Source: an uncultured Candidatus Actinomarina sp. (GTDB lineage: Bacteria > Actinomycetota > Acidimicrobiia > Actinomarinales > Actinomarinaceae). Taken from it: a stretch of 64,000 bases of DNA. This document shows, in pieces, positions 48,641-58,656 of the stretch. Every line of letters begins with the position of its first letter. Position 1 is the first letter of the stretch. The translations under genes were made by a program, and so were the position numbers. The stretch is from assembly GCA_902610815.1 (NCBI GenBank), contig CACLXG010000001.1, forward strand, positions 341,573 through 405,572, in the 5' to 3' direction. A model generated the notes under the pieces. That model made no database searches and was not told the DNA's origin. It was given only the letters and a program-made list of their open reading frames with translations.

Positions 48641-49720
48641 CTAACCAAATAAAATTTCATAAATTCTATCAGAAGTTTTACCATCCCAATATTTAATCAT
48701 TGTTTCATTTAAAATATTACTCTCTAAAGAATTATTTATTTCATTAATTATATTTTCCTTATTTATACCTATAACTCTATTTGTTCCTTTTGTAACTGTA
48801 ATCGGTCGCTCGGTTTCTTCTCTTAGAGTTAAACAATTTTTACCTAAATATGTGGTCTCTTCTTGAATACCTCCTGAATCAGTAAGAACTAAGCTACTGC
48901 CGTAAACAAGGGACATAAAATCAATATATGAAAGTGGTGCTATAAGATGGATATTTTTAAAAGAAATTTTTTGGTTATCGATAAAGTTTTTAAGCCTAGG
49001 GTGTGCTGGAAGTATAATTTCATAAGATTCTGTAAACTTGCCAACTGCTTGAAATATATTGTTTAAAATATTATCAGTAAGGTTAGAAGGCCTGTGAAGA
49101 GTCATTACAAAAAATGGTTTCGTAACATTTAGTTGCTCTTTTACCTCTTGTAAATTTTCAATTATTTTTTCTTTATTTTCTGACAAAGTGTCAATCATAA
49201 TATTTCCAACGTTGAAAATCTTATCTGCTGAAACTTTTTCATTTAATAAATTTTCCATTGCCTCTTCAGAGGGAATTAATAATAAGTCGCTTATTGCATC
49301 AACCATTATCCTGTTTCTTTCCTCTGGCATATTTAAGTTATGTGATCTTAAACCTGATTCAACATGAAATAAATATTTGTTTGTATTTTTAGCAGCTATT
49401 GAAGCTGCGAGAGTAGAGGTTACGTCTCCAAATACGCCAACTTTGTCTATTATGAAATTATTAAATACTTTTTCTAATTCTTCAACAATATATTGAAACT
49501 GCTTGCTTTGAGAATCTTTTGGAGCATCAAGATTTAGATCCGGACTTCTTAAATTTAAATCTTCAAAAATATTATTAGACATATTTTTGTCAAAATGCTG
49601 ACCGGTATGAATAAATAAAACACTCTTTTTATTTTCTTCTAATTTTTTTAAAAGCGGAGCGGCCTTTACAAAATTTGGCCTTGTACCAACAACAAGAGCA
49701 ATATCATATTCTTTAATCAC
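48641..49720 (-). CDS. wecB: UDP-N-acetylglucosamine 2-epimerase (non-hydrolysing), WecB-like
   Basis: 359 aa carrying ALVVGTRPNFVKAAPL, HTGQHFD and HVESGLRS motifs. Confidence 0.8.
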   Translation of the reverse strand: MIKEYDIALVVGTRPNFVKAAPLLKKLEENKKSVLFIHTGQHFDKNMSNNIFEDLNLRSPDLNLDAPKDSQSKQFQYIVEELEKVFNNFIIDKVGVFGDVTSTLAASIAAKNTNKYLFHVESGLRSHNLNMPEERNRIMVDAISDLLLIPSEEAMENLLNEKVSADKIFNVGNIMIDTLSENKEKIIENLQEVKEQLNVTKPFFVMTLHRPSNLTDNILNNIFQAVGKFTESYEIILPAHPRLKNFIDNQKISFKNIHLIAPLSYIDFMSLVYGSSLVLTDSGGIQEETTYLGKNCLTLREETERPITVTKGTNRVIGINKENIINEINNSLESNILNETMIKYWDGKTSDRIYEILFG

Positions 49721-49772
49721 TACTTTATGATTTTAGTGATGAAATAGTTATTAATGTACAACTATCATTGAA

Positions 49773-50735
49773 TTGGTGAAAAAAAAGATTGTTTTAAATG
49801 CATGCGGAGTTAAATCATTAGGTGGCGTAAAGCTTTTTATTGAGGCATTTGAGTACTTTTCAGATTTAAATGAATATATTATTGTTTTATATTCTGAAGA
49901 TGAATTTTATGGAGATTTAAAAAATCAAACTTATGAAAACAAAAATATTAAATTTATACAGCTTACAAAAAAAAGGTATCTTCACCCCTTTTTAAACCTA
50001 TTGATTGAAAAAGATTTAAAAAACGAAATTAATAGCAGTAGTGGAATTATTCATTTTGGAAATTTTGGATTTAATACTCAAGTGAAATCATTTATTTTTG
50101 TACAGAATATACTTCCACTCATATCAAAAAATATAAAAAATAGAATATTACTTTTTTTTATAAATAGAAGTTTTAAAAAGTGTGACAATATAATTGTTCA
50201 ATTAAGCCATACAGCTGAATTAATTAATAAGAAATATATAAAAAAAATTATACAAATAGGAGAAATTCAAAATACAAAAGTAAAAACCAATAAGAATAAT
50301 AATATTGTTTGTTTCGGGAGTGACGTACCAAATAAAAATTACAAATTTATGTTAAATGTTTTAAAATCCTTACCTGATAAAAACAAAATTACAATAGTAA
50401 ATCCACCAAATAAATTAAAAGAATTAAATTGTGTGTTTACTGAAACACATGAAGAAACCTTGAAGGTGATGTCTTTAAATGGAATATATTTTCATGCAAG
50501 TGAATTTGAGACTGTAGGGTTACCACTTTATGAGGCTCAAGAACTTGGATTAAAAATTGTGGTACCTAATAAACCTTACTCAAAATATTTTTTATCAAAT
50601 AATACCTTTCTTTATGATTATAAAAGTACCGAAGATGCAATTAGTAAAATTTACGACGCAGGCGTTGCTGAGGAAGACTATATATTAGCTAACTCTTACT
50701 CTGAAAAATGGGAAAAGGTTTTAGATAAAATCTAG
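49773..50735 (+). CDS. Glycosyltransferase (GT-B fold, family 1/4-like)
   Basis: 320 aa with the C-terminal EFETVGLPLYEAQELGLKIVVP motif (E-x7-E). It is the only plus-strand gene in this part of the island. Confidence 0.5.
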   Translation: MVKKKIVLNACGVKSLGGVKLFIEAFEYFSDLNEYIIVLYSEDEFYGDLKNQTYENKNIKFIQLTKKRYLHPFLNLLIEKDLKNEINSSSGIIHFGNFGFNTQVKSFIFVQNILPLISKNIKNRILLFFINRSFKKCDNIIVQLSHTAELINKKYIKKIIQIGEIQNTKVKTNKNNNIVCFGSDVPNKNYKFMLNVLKSLPDKNKITIVNPPNKLKELNCVFTETHEETLKVMSLNGIYFHASEFETVGLPLYEAQELGLKIVVPNKPYSKYFLSNNTFLYDYKSTEDAISKIYDAGVAEEDYILANSYSEKWEKVLDKI

Positions 50736-51947
50736 TTTATTTACTAATGTTCTAGGAGAGTATTCTTCAAGAAAAGCCTCATTAGAAAATTTATAAATAT
50801 TTGCAAATAAATTATTTAATTTTCTAATAAAATCTTCTTTATCTAATTCTTTTGAAATAACTAACAAATTAGGATACTTTTTTGATATTTCAACTACTGG
50901 GTCATCTTCTATTTCAGCAAAATGAACTACGGGCTTGCCTGTTGAAAGATATTCAATTACTTTACTTGGTAATTGTGCAGCGTTCTTATTTCCTATAGAT
51001 AAAAGACAATGAGTTGAAGATGCCATAATTTTTAGTGCTTCACTTCTTGAAACCATGTTCAAAAATTCATGATTATTCTTTTGTAACAAATGCTTGCTTA
51101 TTTCAATTTTTGAATCAGGATTAGTAAACCATTTAAACTTAAATTCTTCCAAATCTTCTAGATAATTTAAAACATTCTCAGAACTTCTTACTCCCTTCGT
51201 TAGAACTCCAAAATATCCAAAAATTATAGGCTTAGACAAATAATCATATGAAAGTGTCAATTTGTATATATCTTCATCAAAAGTGCTAATAGGCATACCA
51301 ACCATTAGCTTTTTTTTGTCAATATTGAAATAAGATGAATGAGTTTCAAGAGATTCTTTATGTGTGAACAAAATTTTATAAGCTAAGTTATAAAATTTTT
51401 TTTCATAATATTTATTTAAAAAAAAGTAAATTAAATGATTGTTTTCTTTTGCATTTTTCTTGAGTAAGAAAGGATCTCCAATATCCATAATCCACTTCTT
51501 TTTATTTTTTTTATTTAATATGTATGCAGCTAGATGGGATGAAAATGGAAGACTAACAGAAATTATATAATCATAATCCAAGTTTAAATTTTTTTTATTT
51601 CTCAAAATAGAAGTTATCCAAAACATCGAATAATCGGGCCAGGAAAAAGTTTTGTATAAAAACCTGTAAGAAAGTTTTAATATCCTAAATCCGAAATTTA
51701 ATAATGAAGAACTGTGAGACTTGTTAGAACCCTTTCGTAAATTTTCTACAACCCCTTCTGGATTTTTATTACCAACGTATATAATATTTTCTTTTTTTTC
51801 TTCTTGAGGCGTACCAGTTAATACCGTAACCTCATGACCTCTATTATTCAATTCATCGTAAATCATTTTCCATCTTGTGGTTCTAGGACTTTGGTGGGGC
51901 AAGAATTGATGTGAAACTATTAAAATTTTAGACATTCTTTTTCTCAC
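50721..51947 (-). CDS. Glycosyltransferase family 4
   Basis: 408 aa with an N-terminal GT4 region (ILIVSHQFLPHQSPRTTRWKMIYDELNNRGHEVTVLTG) and a C-terminal STGKPVV donor-binding segment. Confidence 0.6.
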   Translation of the reverse strand: MRKRMSKILIVSHQFLPHQSPRTTRWKMIYDELNNRGHEVTVLTGTPQEEKKENIIYVGNKNPEGVVENLRKGSNKSHSSSLLNFGFRILKLSYRFLYKTFSWPDYSMFWITSILRNKKNLNLDYDYIISVSLPFSSHLAAYILNKKNKKKWIMDIGDPFLLKKNAKENNHLIYFFLNKYYEKKFYNLAYKILFTHKESLETHSSYFNIDKKKLMVGMPISTFDEDIYKLTLSYDYLSKPIIFGYFGVLTKGVRSSENVLNYLEDLEEFKFKWFTNPDSKIEISKHLLQKNNHEFLNMVSRSEALKIMASSTHCLLSIGNKNAAQLPSKVIEYLSTGKPVVHFAEIEDDPVVEISKKYPNLLVISKELDKEDFIRKLNNLFANIYKFSNEAFLEEYSPRTLVNKLDFI

Positions 51948-53328
51948 TTAGAAATAAACCAATGAATGTTGCAAGCCAAACACTAAATTCTTCACCTTGA
52001 AAAAAATACATTATTAATATTACAAAAATTCCCATATTCAAATATTGATTGTATTGACTACGATCGACTGGTAAGTTTTTTAATGTTCTTATTAGTAACA
52101 GTATTAACCAAGCAATTCCAAATATTCCTGTCGAAAATAAAATATTAAGATAAAGATTATTAAATGAAACAATACTATTTTCATATCTTTCAATTATTAC
52201 CCCATTTCTAATGGAGTATTGCAAACTTGCCTGAGTTTTATTAAGTGCATAATTGTCTGAAAATTTTATATTTGAAATACCTAAACCTGAACCCAAGATA
52301 CTTATATTGTTTTCATAAATGTTCTCTCTCACTATATTTAAACTTTCAAATGAACCAATTCCCGAGTTAATTACAGCAAACAATCTAGAAAATATACTCG
52401 TAGCAATATTTGTAGAATTTTTTGCTCTATCCTGATCATCATCATAATATTCGCAACTACAGTAATCAGGTGAATAAGGAGGACACTGGTCTTCATCTAA
52501 AGGTGGGAATTTATAAGCAAATAAATTTGAAAACACCAAACAAGTAATTAAAACAAATATTGGGATTAGTAATTGTAAATTTAATTTTGATAATTTATAT
52601 GAAGATAGCATAAAAACAAGAAACGCAGCAATAATAAAACTTAAAACTCCATTAAGGCTTCTAGTTAAAACTAAACAAGTTATAGGTAGTAAGGATAAAA
52701 CATACCAATATTTTTTTTCTCTTGCATTATAAAAATATAAAGGAATTGTTGGTGCAATCCAAATAGCTAAAAAACTTGGTTCTCTAAAAGTTCCGTAGTT
52801 TCGTAACACAGTACAGGCTTTTACAATACTTTGAAATCCAATTCCAGTCCCCATCCTGTTCCTAGCTAGGTCAGGAAAATTCATTACATATGAAAAATAA
52901 GAAATTAATGAAAGGATTGAAATTATGATTGATGCATATGAAATTAATTCAATAATTTTATTTGTATTGTCATTGTTTAAAATTTTATTAACAGAATAAA
53001 TTATAGAAAAAAAAGAGAAAAAATTTAATATCCTTAATGAAACATACAATAATGGATTGGCGACTGAGTTGGTGATCAACGTTTCATATTGAAAAAATAA
53101 AAATATTAAAGTTATGCATACGCAATATAAAGTCCAAAAAAAATATTGCGAGGTTAAAGAGCTTATCTTAAATTTTTCATCAATAAAAAAATTGAAAAAT
53201 AACAATATAAATATTGCTGTAGATAACCACGGAAATGGTATACCAAAAATACTGAATGCATCTAATGCATTAAATAAAAAAGCTATAAAAAGAATCAAAT
53301 ATATTAAATTTTTATTTTTTAAAATCAA
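51928..53328 (-). CDS. O-antigen ligase/polymerase (Wzy-like) polytopic membrane protein
   Basis: 466 aa with ten or more predicted transmembrane helices and one large Cys-rich extracytoplasmic loop (CPPYSPDYCSCEYYDDDQD). It sits in the glycan cluster next to Wzx. Confidence 0.5.
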   Translation of the reverse strand: MILKNKNLIYLILFIAFLFNALDAFSIFGIPFPWLSTAIFILLFFNFFIDEKFKISSLTSQYFFWTLYCVCITLIFLFFQYETLITNSVANPLLYVSLRILNFFSFFSIIYSVNKILNNDNTNKIIELISYASIIISILSLISYFSYVMNFPDLARNRMGTGIGFQSIVKACTVLRNYGTFREPSFLAIWIAPTIPLYFYNAREKKYWYVLSLLPITCLVLTRSLNGVLSFIIAAFLVFMLSSYKLSKLNLQLLIPIFVLITCLVFSNLFAYKFPPLDEDQCPPYSPDYCSCEYYDDDQDRAKNSTNIATSIFSRLFAVINSGIGSFESLNIVRENIYENNISILGSGLGISNIKFSDNYALNKTQASLQYSIRNGVIIERYENSIVSFNNLYLNILFSTGIFGIAWLILLLIRTLKNLPVDRSQYNQYLNMGIFVILIMYFFQGEEFSVWLATFIGLFLSEKKNV

Positions 53329-54935
53329 CTAACCCTCTTATATCCATTTGAAAACAAAACTTTTACACCGTTATTATCTTCACCCCAAGAAGTATATTCT
53401 TCTAAATCGACATCATGAGAAAAATCTTCAATTAATACCTGTCCATCATAAATTGAAATTTTTCTATAAATTCTTTTTCCATTAAATTCTGCATAGCCTA
53501 AAAAATTATTTTTATTAAAAATTAATGTATGACCATCACCCATGTAATTTAACCTAAAACAATCGAATGCGTCCTCTTTTGGAATTTTAATATTAGATTT
53601 AGGACCCCAGTGAAATTCTAAAGATCTAAACTTGTTTCTTAATTTAATATCATCAGTATATGTTCCTGTACCTGGATCTCGTGTAATCCATCTACTATTT
53701 GAATAGCTCTCTATTGACAACTGATCATAATGTGAGTGACCTCCAATACCATTTTGACCGATAGGTCCACATCTTAAACTAAAATATTCATCATTATTTC
53801 TCCAGACATATAATCCAAAATCATTAAAACAATAACTCTCATAATCTTTTGAAAATATTTTTATTTTTTTATGACTAACTTTTGGCATTTGTTGCAAAGA
53901 AGGAGTGTCTGAATTAATTTCAAAATTAAATTTTTGTTCTATTTCAAACCAATCAAATTTAGGATAAAGTTTGTCAATTAAATCAATTAACCAAGTCATT
54001 TGTAAAGGTGCTTCTTCATCAAATCCAAAATAAAACAATCTACCTGAGTCATTATCTCCTACTTGAGCCAACTCACCATTGACCATTAGCTTTGTTAAGA
54101 AGATTTTATTGGTTTTTATTATCTCATCAATTTTTGGTAAGACTTTTGATTGACTATTAAACTCTTCAATCGCCAACTTGCATATTATTAAGGCCTCCGT
54201 AACAAAAGCTGCGTAATGTGTAGAGCCCTCAAAGCTTGTACCGTCTTCATAAAACTGCTTATTTAGCTCTGAAAATAATTCATTTTCATAATATAAAAAT
54301 TCTTCTTTATCATGATCAAAATTGAAAGAAGCAATTGTTAAAAGAATAGATGTCAACTCAATTAAATAATGGTTGCCTACAACATTTCCTTTGTTTTCAA
54401 GATTGCTTATTATGAATTCATAATGTTCACTAATATAAGAAAATAATAATTCTTTGTTATTTCCCAAAATTTTAGAAATCTCAAGATTTTCCTCTAATGC
54501 GAAAAGGTGAAAAATTAAATTTATATTTCTTATAGCTACATCCATTGGACTATTCCAATAAATCAATGGGAAACTACTGACATCAATATTTACTGATTTT
54601 GCTTTCTGTAAATATTGTAATCTTGAAGCTTCATAAGGAACTTTTACATCAGCAACGTTGAAATACGCTGGTTTTAGTTTTTTATTTGAAAATTTATAGT
54701 TTGTAAAAATATCATTTGTCAATACATATTGTTTTGAGTATCGACCAAATATTTTAATATTATTTACATCGACCATTTCATTTGGATTTGGTCTGCAATT
54801 TTGATTTATGAATTTCTGAAATTTAGTATCTTTTCGAATGAACAGTCTAAAGTTAGATGGAAATTTTATGTTAGATCCAAAAAAATAAGTTAAATCATAT
54901 TTAATTTTTCTAAGAAATTTTTTAAAACTATTCAT
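53325..54935 (-). CDS. Heparinase II/III-like family protein
   Basis: 536 aa with the central segment GPIGQNGIGGHSHYDQLSIE. This family is classically found next to asparagine-synthase-like amidotransferases in O-antigen/capsule loci. The assignment is by motif recollection only. Confidence 0.4.
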   Translation of the reverse strand: MNSFKKFLRKIKYDLTYFFGSNIKFPSNFRLFIRKDTKFQKFINQNCRPNPNEMVDVNNIKIFGRYSKQYVLTNDIFTNYKFSNKKLKPAYFNVADVKVPYEASRLQYLQKAKSVNIDVSSFPLIYWNSPMDVAIRNINLIFHLFALEENLEISKILGNNKELLFSYISEHYEFIISNLENKGNVVGNHYLIELTSILLTIASFNFDHDKEEFLYYENELFSELNKQFYEDGTSFEGSTHYAAFVTEALIICKLAIEEFNSQSKVLPKIDEIIKTNKIFLTKLMVNGELAQVGDNDSGRLFYFGFDEEAPLQMTWLIDLIDKLYPKFDWFEIEQKFNFEINSDTPSLQQMPKVSHKKIKIFSKDYESYCFNDFGLYVWRNNDEYFSLRCGPIGQNGIGGHSHYDQLSIESYSNSRWITRDPGTGTYTDDIKLRNKFRSLEFHWGPKSNIKIPKEDAFDCFRLNYMGDGHTLIFNKNNFLGYAEFNGKRIYRKISIYDGQVLIEDFSHDVDLEEYTSWGEDNNGVKVLFSNGYKRVS

Positions 54936-56133
54936 AAGATCTTTTGAAACTATAGGTGGTGATTACTCCAATGAAAATTTGAGATAAAATTATTGATAGT
55001 ATTGCAGGATTTCTCCCAAAACTATGTATAAAGTAATATATTCCGATCGATACAACTGATCCAAATAATATAGATTTTGTTAAATTGATTTCAAAATTTA
55101 ATGCTCTAGAAAATATAATATTTATGCGTGACCAAACCATAACTGGTAATGCAAAGAGTATCCAAGAAGTATATGTTGAAACTTCACTAAAATCCGTTCC
55201 CAACAATGAAATAAATAATTCAGATGCTATTCCTTTAAAAAAGAAAAATGCTATTGGGATTATAAATGATATTAAAAATACTCTCTTTAATTTTATTCTA
55301 ATTTCAGAAACATCATTTTTATTTTTGGCTTTGCTCAATTCTGGAAATAATATATCAAGGCTTGCTGCAACTAGTTGGAAGATTATCTCTAAAATTCGCC
55401 TTGACCAGGCCAGTACACCCAAAGTGGAACCTGAATAGAAAAGCCCCAATAAAACAATATCTAATTCTGAAATAAGCGCACTTGAAAAGGTTGTAAGAAC
55501 CATCTTTTTGCCAGATGCTTGCAAGTCGTTTTTAACAGTTGTATTCGAATTTAAATCAATATCATTTTTTGGTATAGAAAAATGAGCAACAGCAAAAAAT
55601 ATTAGAAGGGTAATAACCTGAAAAATAATCAATGAAAGTATTGAAAATCCTTGCATAACAAGAATCCATGCACCTAACCCATAAATAATTGTGCGTAGAA
55701 TTATTTGTTTAGAGCTAGTTACAAAATCTCCTTTAGCTTGATAGTAAGCAAGAGCCACATGGATCATTTCATTAAAAACAAATCCGATAAGAAATAAAAT
55801 TGTCATTGGTAAATCTCTCTTAAGAATTAAAGTTAAAGGTATTAAAATAATTAAACTCATTAATAAATTTCTCAGAATCAGTGCATACGCATTTTGAAAC
55901 ATCGATTTAGAACTTTTATTATTTTGAGCCAAAAATTTTGTTACAACCAAAGCCAATGACATTACTGCAGCTGTACCGATTAACACAGAAAGACTTTTGG
56001 AAGAAGCGTACTCACCATACATCTCAGCGCCATAAACTCTGCTAATTATTGTTATTAGAAAGAAGTTAACTGATAGAAGAATGAACTGCATAAGTGATAT
56101 ATAAATTGTATTTTTCTTCCAGTTATTAATCAT
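54928..56133 (-). CDS. wzx: Polysaccharide flippase (Wzx/MOP superfamily)
   Basis: 401 aa with about 12 transmembrane helices and N-terminus typical of O-unit flippases. Located in the glycan cluster. Confidence 0.6.
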   Translation of the reverse strand: MINNWKKNTIYISLMQFILLSVNFFLITIISRVYGAEMYGEYASSKSLSVLIGTAAVMSLALVVTKFLAQNNKSSKSMFQNAYALILRNLLMSLIILIPLTLILKRDLPMTILFLIGFVFNEMIHVALAYYQAKGDFVTSSKQIILRTIIYGLGAWILVMQGFSILSLIIFQVITLLIFFAVAHFSIPKNDIDLNSNTTVKNDLQASGKKMVLTTFSSALISELDIVLLGLFYSGSTLGVLAWSRRILEIIFQLVAASLDILFPELSKAKNKNDVSEIRIKLKRVFLISFIIPIAFFFFKGIASELFISLLGTDFSEVSTYTSWILFALPVMVWSRINIIFSRALNFEINLTKSILFGSVVSIGIYYFIHSFGRNPAILSIILSQIFIGVITTYSFKRSYE

Positions 56134-57971
56134 TGAACAGTCCTACTTAAATGCCAATTAGCAAGATTAGACAAATACCATTTCTTTTGATAATCAGATC
56201 CAGAAAATACTTTTCTAAGGACACTCGGGTCAAACAAATGTGTTGAAGAGTTAAAGTTCCTAACCGACTCATAAAAGAAATCTTCATCTTTTTTTATCCA
56301 TTCGCCTACTGGAGCTCTAAATCCTTGTTTTTCCCTAAAAATTATGTCTGACGAAATATAATTTTTTGCTACTTTTTTAAGCAAAGGTTTTCCAGAATAA
56401 TCAGGAATCAATAATTCTTCAGGTATAGTCAAAATAAACTCAACCAGCTTGTGGTCTAGAAACGGCACCCTAGCTTCGACTCCTGATTGCATTACCAGCT
56501 TATCCATTCTCATAAGAAGTAGCTCAGGTAACCTTACTTTTAAATCTATAAGTGTCATCCATTTGGACAGCTTTGCATCTTTTGAAATAAAATAATCATC
56601 CCAAAGATTATCAGCAAATCTAATCAATCCTGAATCTATTGAAATATCTCCAGAGACAAGTTTATTAATTTCAGCTAAATTGAAACCTAAGGCTCCACCA
56701 GCAAAAGTAGTATTTCCATACAACATATTTGAAAGCAGATTTAGCCTATGATTGGTAAATTTTGAAAATTTATTACTTCTTGAGGAATATGGTTTTTTAA
56801 AATTAGAAAGTTTTAATAATCTGTTCCAATGATCATATCCATAAAAAAGTTCATCAGAGCCTTCACCAACTTGTACAACTTTAATTCCAGATGATTTAGT
56901 AGCTTTCGCTAAAAAATATAAAGGTATGCCAACCTCATCACCAACAAGATCATCCTGATAATAAGCATAATTATCAAAAATTTCTTTAAAATTATCAAAA
57001 TTTATATTCTGTTCATAAAGGTTTATTCCAATTTCTTTAGAAGCAAACCTTGCTTCTTGTAGTTCCCCCTTATAACCCTCAAAGCTTTCTTCATAGTCAA
57101 CATTAAAAGCTTTTAAAGCGGTATCTGTATCTTGTTTCATTAGCTTTCCTAAAAGCGAGGAGTCTAAACCTCCTGATAGAAATAAACCAACCTCAACATC
57201 ACTAACTTTTCGATATTCAACAGACTCATGTAGCAGCCTATCTAATTCATTGGCAACTGTTTCTTCATTCAAATCATTATTGATTGAAAATGTATACGGA
57301 TCCCAATAAGTCTTTTTTGAAATTATTCCATTCTTATCTATTCGAATAAATTGCCCAGGTTCTAATTTATTAATATTTTTATTGCCAGTTCTGTCAGCTG
57401 GTACACAAAGGTGTCGTAAATAGGCTAAGTAAGAATCTATATCCGGCTCAAAATTTATTAGTTTTGATAATTCTATAGCCTTAATTTCTGAACCAAAGAT
57501 AATCCAACTATCATTAGCGGAGTAATATAAAGGTTTAATACCAATACGATCTCTAGCCAAAAACAATTCACCAGACTTATTGTCATAAATTACAAATGCA
57601 AATTGACCACGAAGTTTATCCAATATTTTATCTTGATATTCGATAAAGCCCTGCAATAAAACTTCTGTATCACCATTTGTTATGAATTTATAACCTTTTG
57701 TTTCTAGTTCTTTTCTCAATTCCTTGTAATTGTAAATTTCACCATTAAAAACTATTGTGTATCTTTCATCATCAGATTGAAAAGGCTGATTTGAACGATC
57801 GTTTAAATCAATAATGGATAACCTCGTATGAATTAAACAAATAGAATCATTTATAAAATTATGAGAAGAGTGGTCTGGACCTCTATGTTCTAGAGATCGC
57901 TTTACATTCTCAACAACTGTTGGGTCAATTTTGGAATTGTTTAAGCTTATAATTCCAGCTATTCCACACAT
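56130..57971 (-). CDS. Asparagine synthase (glutamine-hydrolysing)-like amidotransferase (WbpS/N-acetyl-sugar amidotransferase type)
   Basis: 613 aa with an N-terminal Ntn Cys (MCGIAGIIS), a PP-loop SGGLDSS and an AsnB-type synthetase domain. Confidence 0.8.
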   Translation of the reverse strand: MCGIAGIISLNNSKIDPTVVENVKRSLEHRGPDHSSHNFINDSICLIHTRLSIIDLNDRSNQPFQSDDERYTIVFNGEIYNYKELRKELETKGYKFITNGDTEVLLQGFIEYQDKILDKLRGQFAFVIYDNKSGELFLARDRIGIKPLYYSANDSWIIFGSEIKAIELSKLINFEPDIDSYLAYLRHLCVPADRTGNKNINKLEPGQFIRIDKNGIISKKTYWDPYTFSINNDLNEETVANELDRLLHESVEYRKVSDVEVGLFLSGGLDSSLLGKLMKQDTDTALKAFNVDYEESFEGYKGELQEARFASKEIGINLYEQNINFDNFKEIFDNYAYYQDDLVGDEVGIPLYFLAKATKSSGIKVVQVGEGSDELFYGYDHWNRLLKLSNFKKPYSSRSNKFSKFTNHRLNLLSNMLYGNTTFAGGALGFNLAEINKLVSGDISIDSGLIRFADNLWDDYFISKDAKLSKWMTLIDLKVRLPELLLMRMDKLVMQSGVEARVPFLDHKLVEFILTIPEELLIPDYSGKPLLKKVAKNYISSDIIFREKQGFRAPVGEWIKKDEDFFYESVRNFNSSTHLFDPSVLRKVFSGSDYQKKWYLSNLANWHLSRTVQ

Positions 57972-58020
57972 TTATCTAACTTTAATGTAATATTTTTTAT
58001 TTAAAGAACATAAATTATTT

Positions 58021-58656
58021 TTGTTTAAAGTAATTAGTATGAAATATTTTATTGATTATATTTTTTTGTTAATCATTTTCCCTATTTTTACTGTTGTTTT
58101 TCCAATAATTTCCTTAATTATTTTGTTATTTGATTCAGGACCTGTAATTTACTCACAAAAAAGAGTAGGACTAAAGGGTCAAGAGTTTAAATTACACAAA
58201 TTCAGAACAATGTCTGTATCTTCAGATGAAAAAATTCATAAAGATCACTATAAAGATCTTTCACAAAATAAAAAAATTGAGCCATCCTTAACTCCTGATG
58301 ATCCAATCAGAATTGAAAATGATGATAGGATTACCAAAATAGGGTCTTTTTTAAGAAAAACTTCTTTAGATGAATTACCAAATATCCTAAATGTTTTGAA
58401 AGGTCAAATGTCTATTGTTGGGCCTAGACCGTTAGTTAAATATGAGTCTGATCTTTATGGAGAATACAAAGAAAAAAGGAATTCGATAAAGCCTGGGATT
58501 ACAGGTCTAGCTCAAATCCAAGGAAGGTTAGATTTAAGTTTGCAAGAAAGACTTTACTGGGATATAAAATACGTTGATAAAAAGTCTTTTAACTACGATC
58601 TAATTATTATTTTCAAAACTGTTTATTCAGTTCTCTCAAGAAGAGGAGCAAATTAA
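58021..58656 (+). CDS. Undecaprenyl-phosphate sugar phosphotransferase (small PglC/WbaP-C-terminal type initiating transferase)
   Basis: 211 aa with one N-terminal transmembrane segment and the 'bacterial sugar transferase' motifs MSIVGPRP and KPGITGLAQI. Confidence 0.8.
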   Translation: MFKVISMKYFIDYIFLLIIFPIFTVVFPIISLIILLFDSGPVIYSQKRVGLKGQEFKLHKFRTMSVSSDEKIHKDHYKDLSQNKKIEPSLTPDDPIRIENDDRITKIGSFLRKTSLDELPNILNVLKGQMSIVGPRPLVKYESDLYGEYKEKRNSIKPGITGLAQIQGRLDLSLQERLYWDIKYVDKKSFNYDLIIIFKTVYSVLSRRGAN

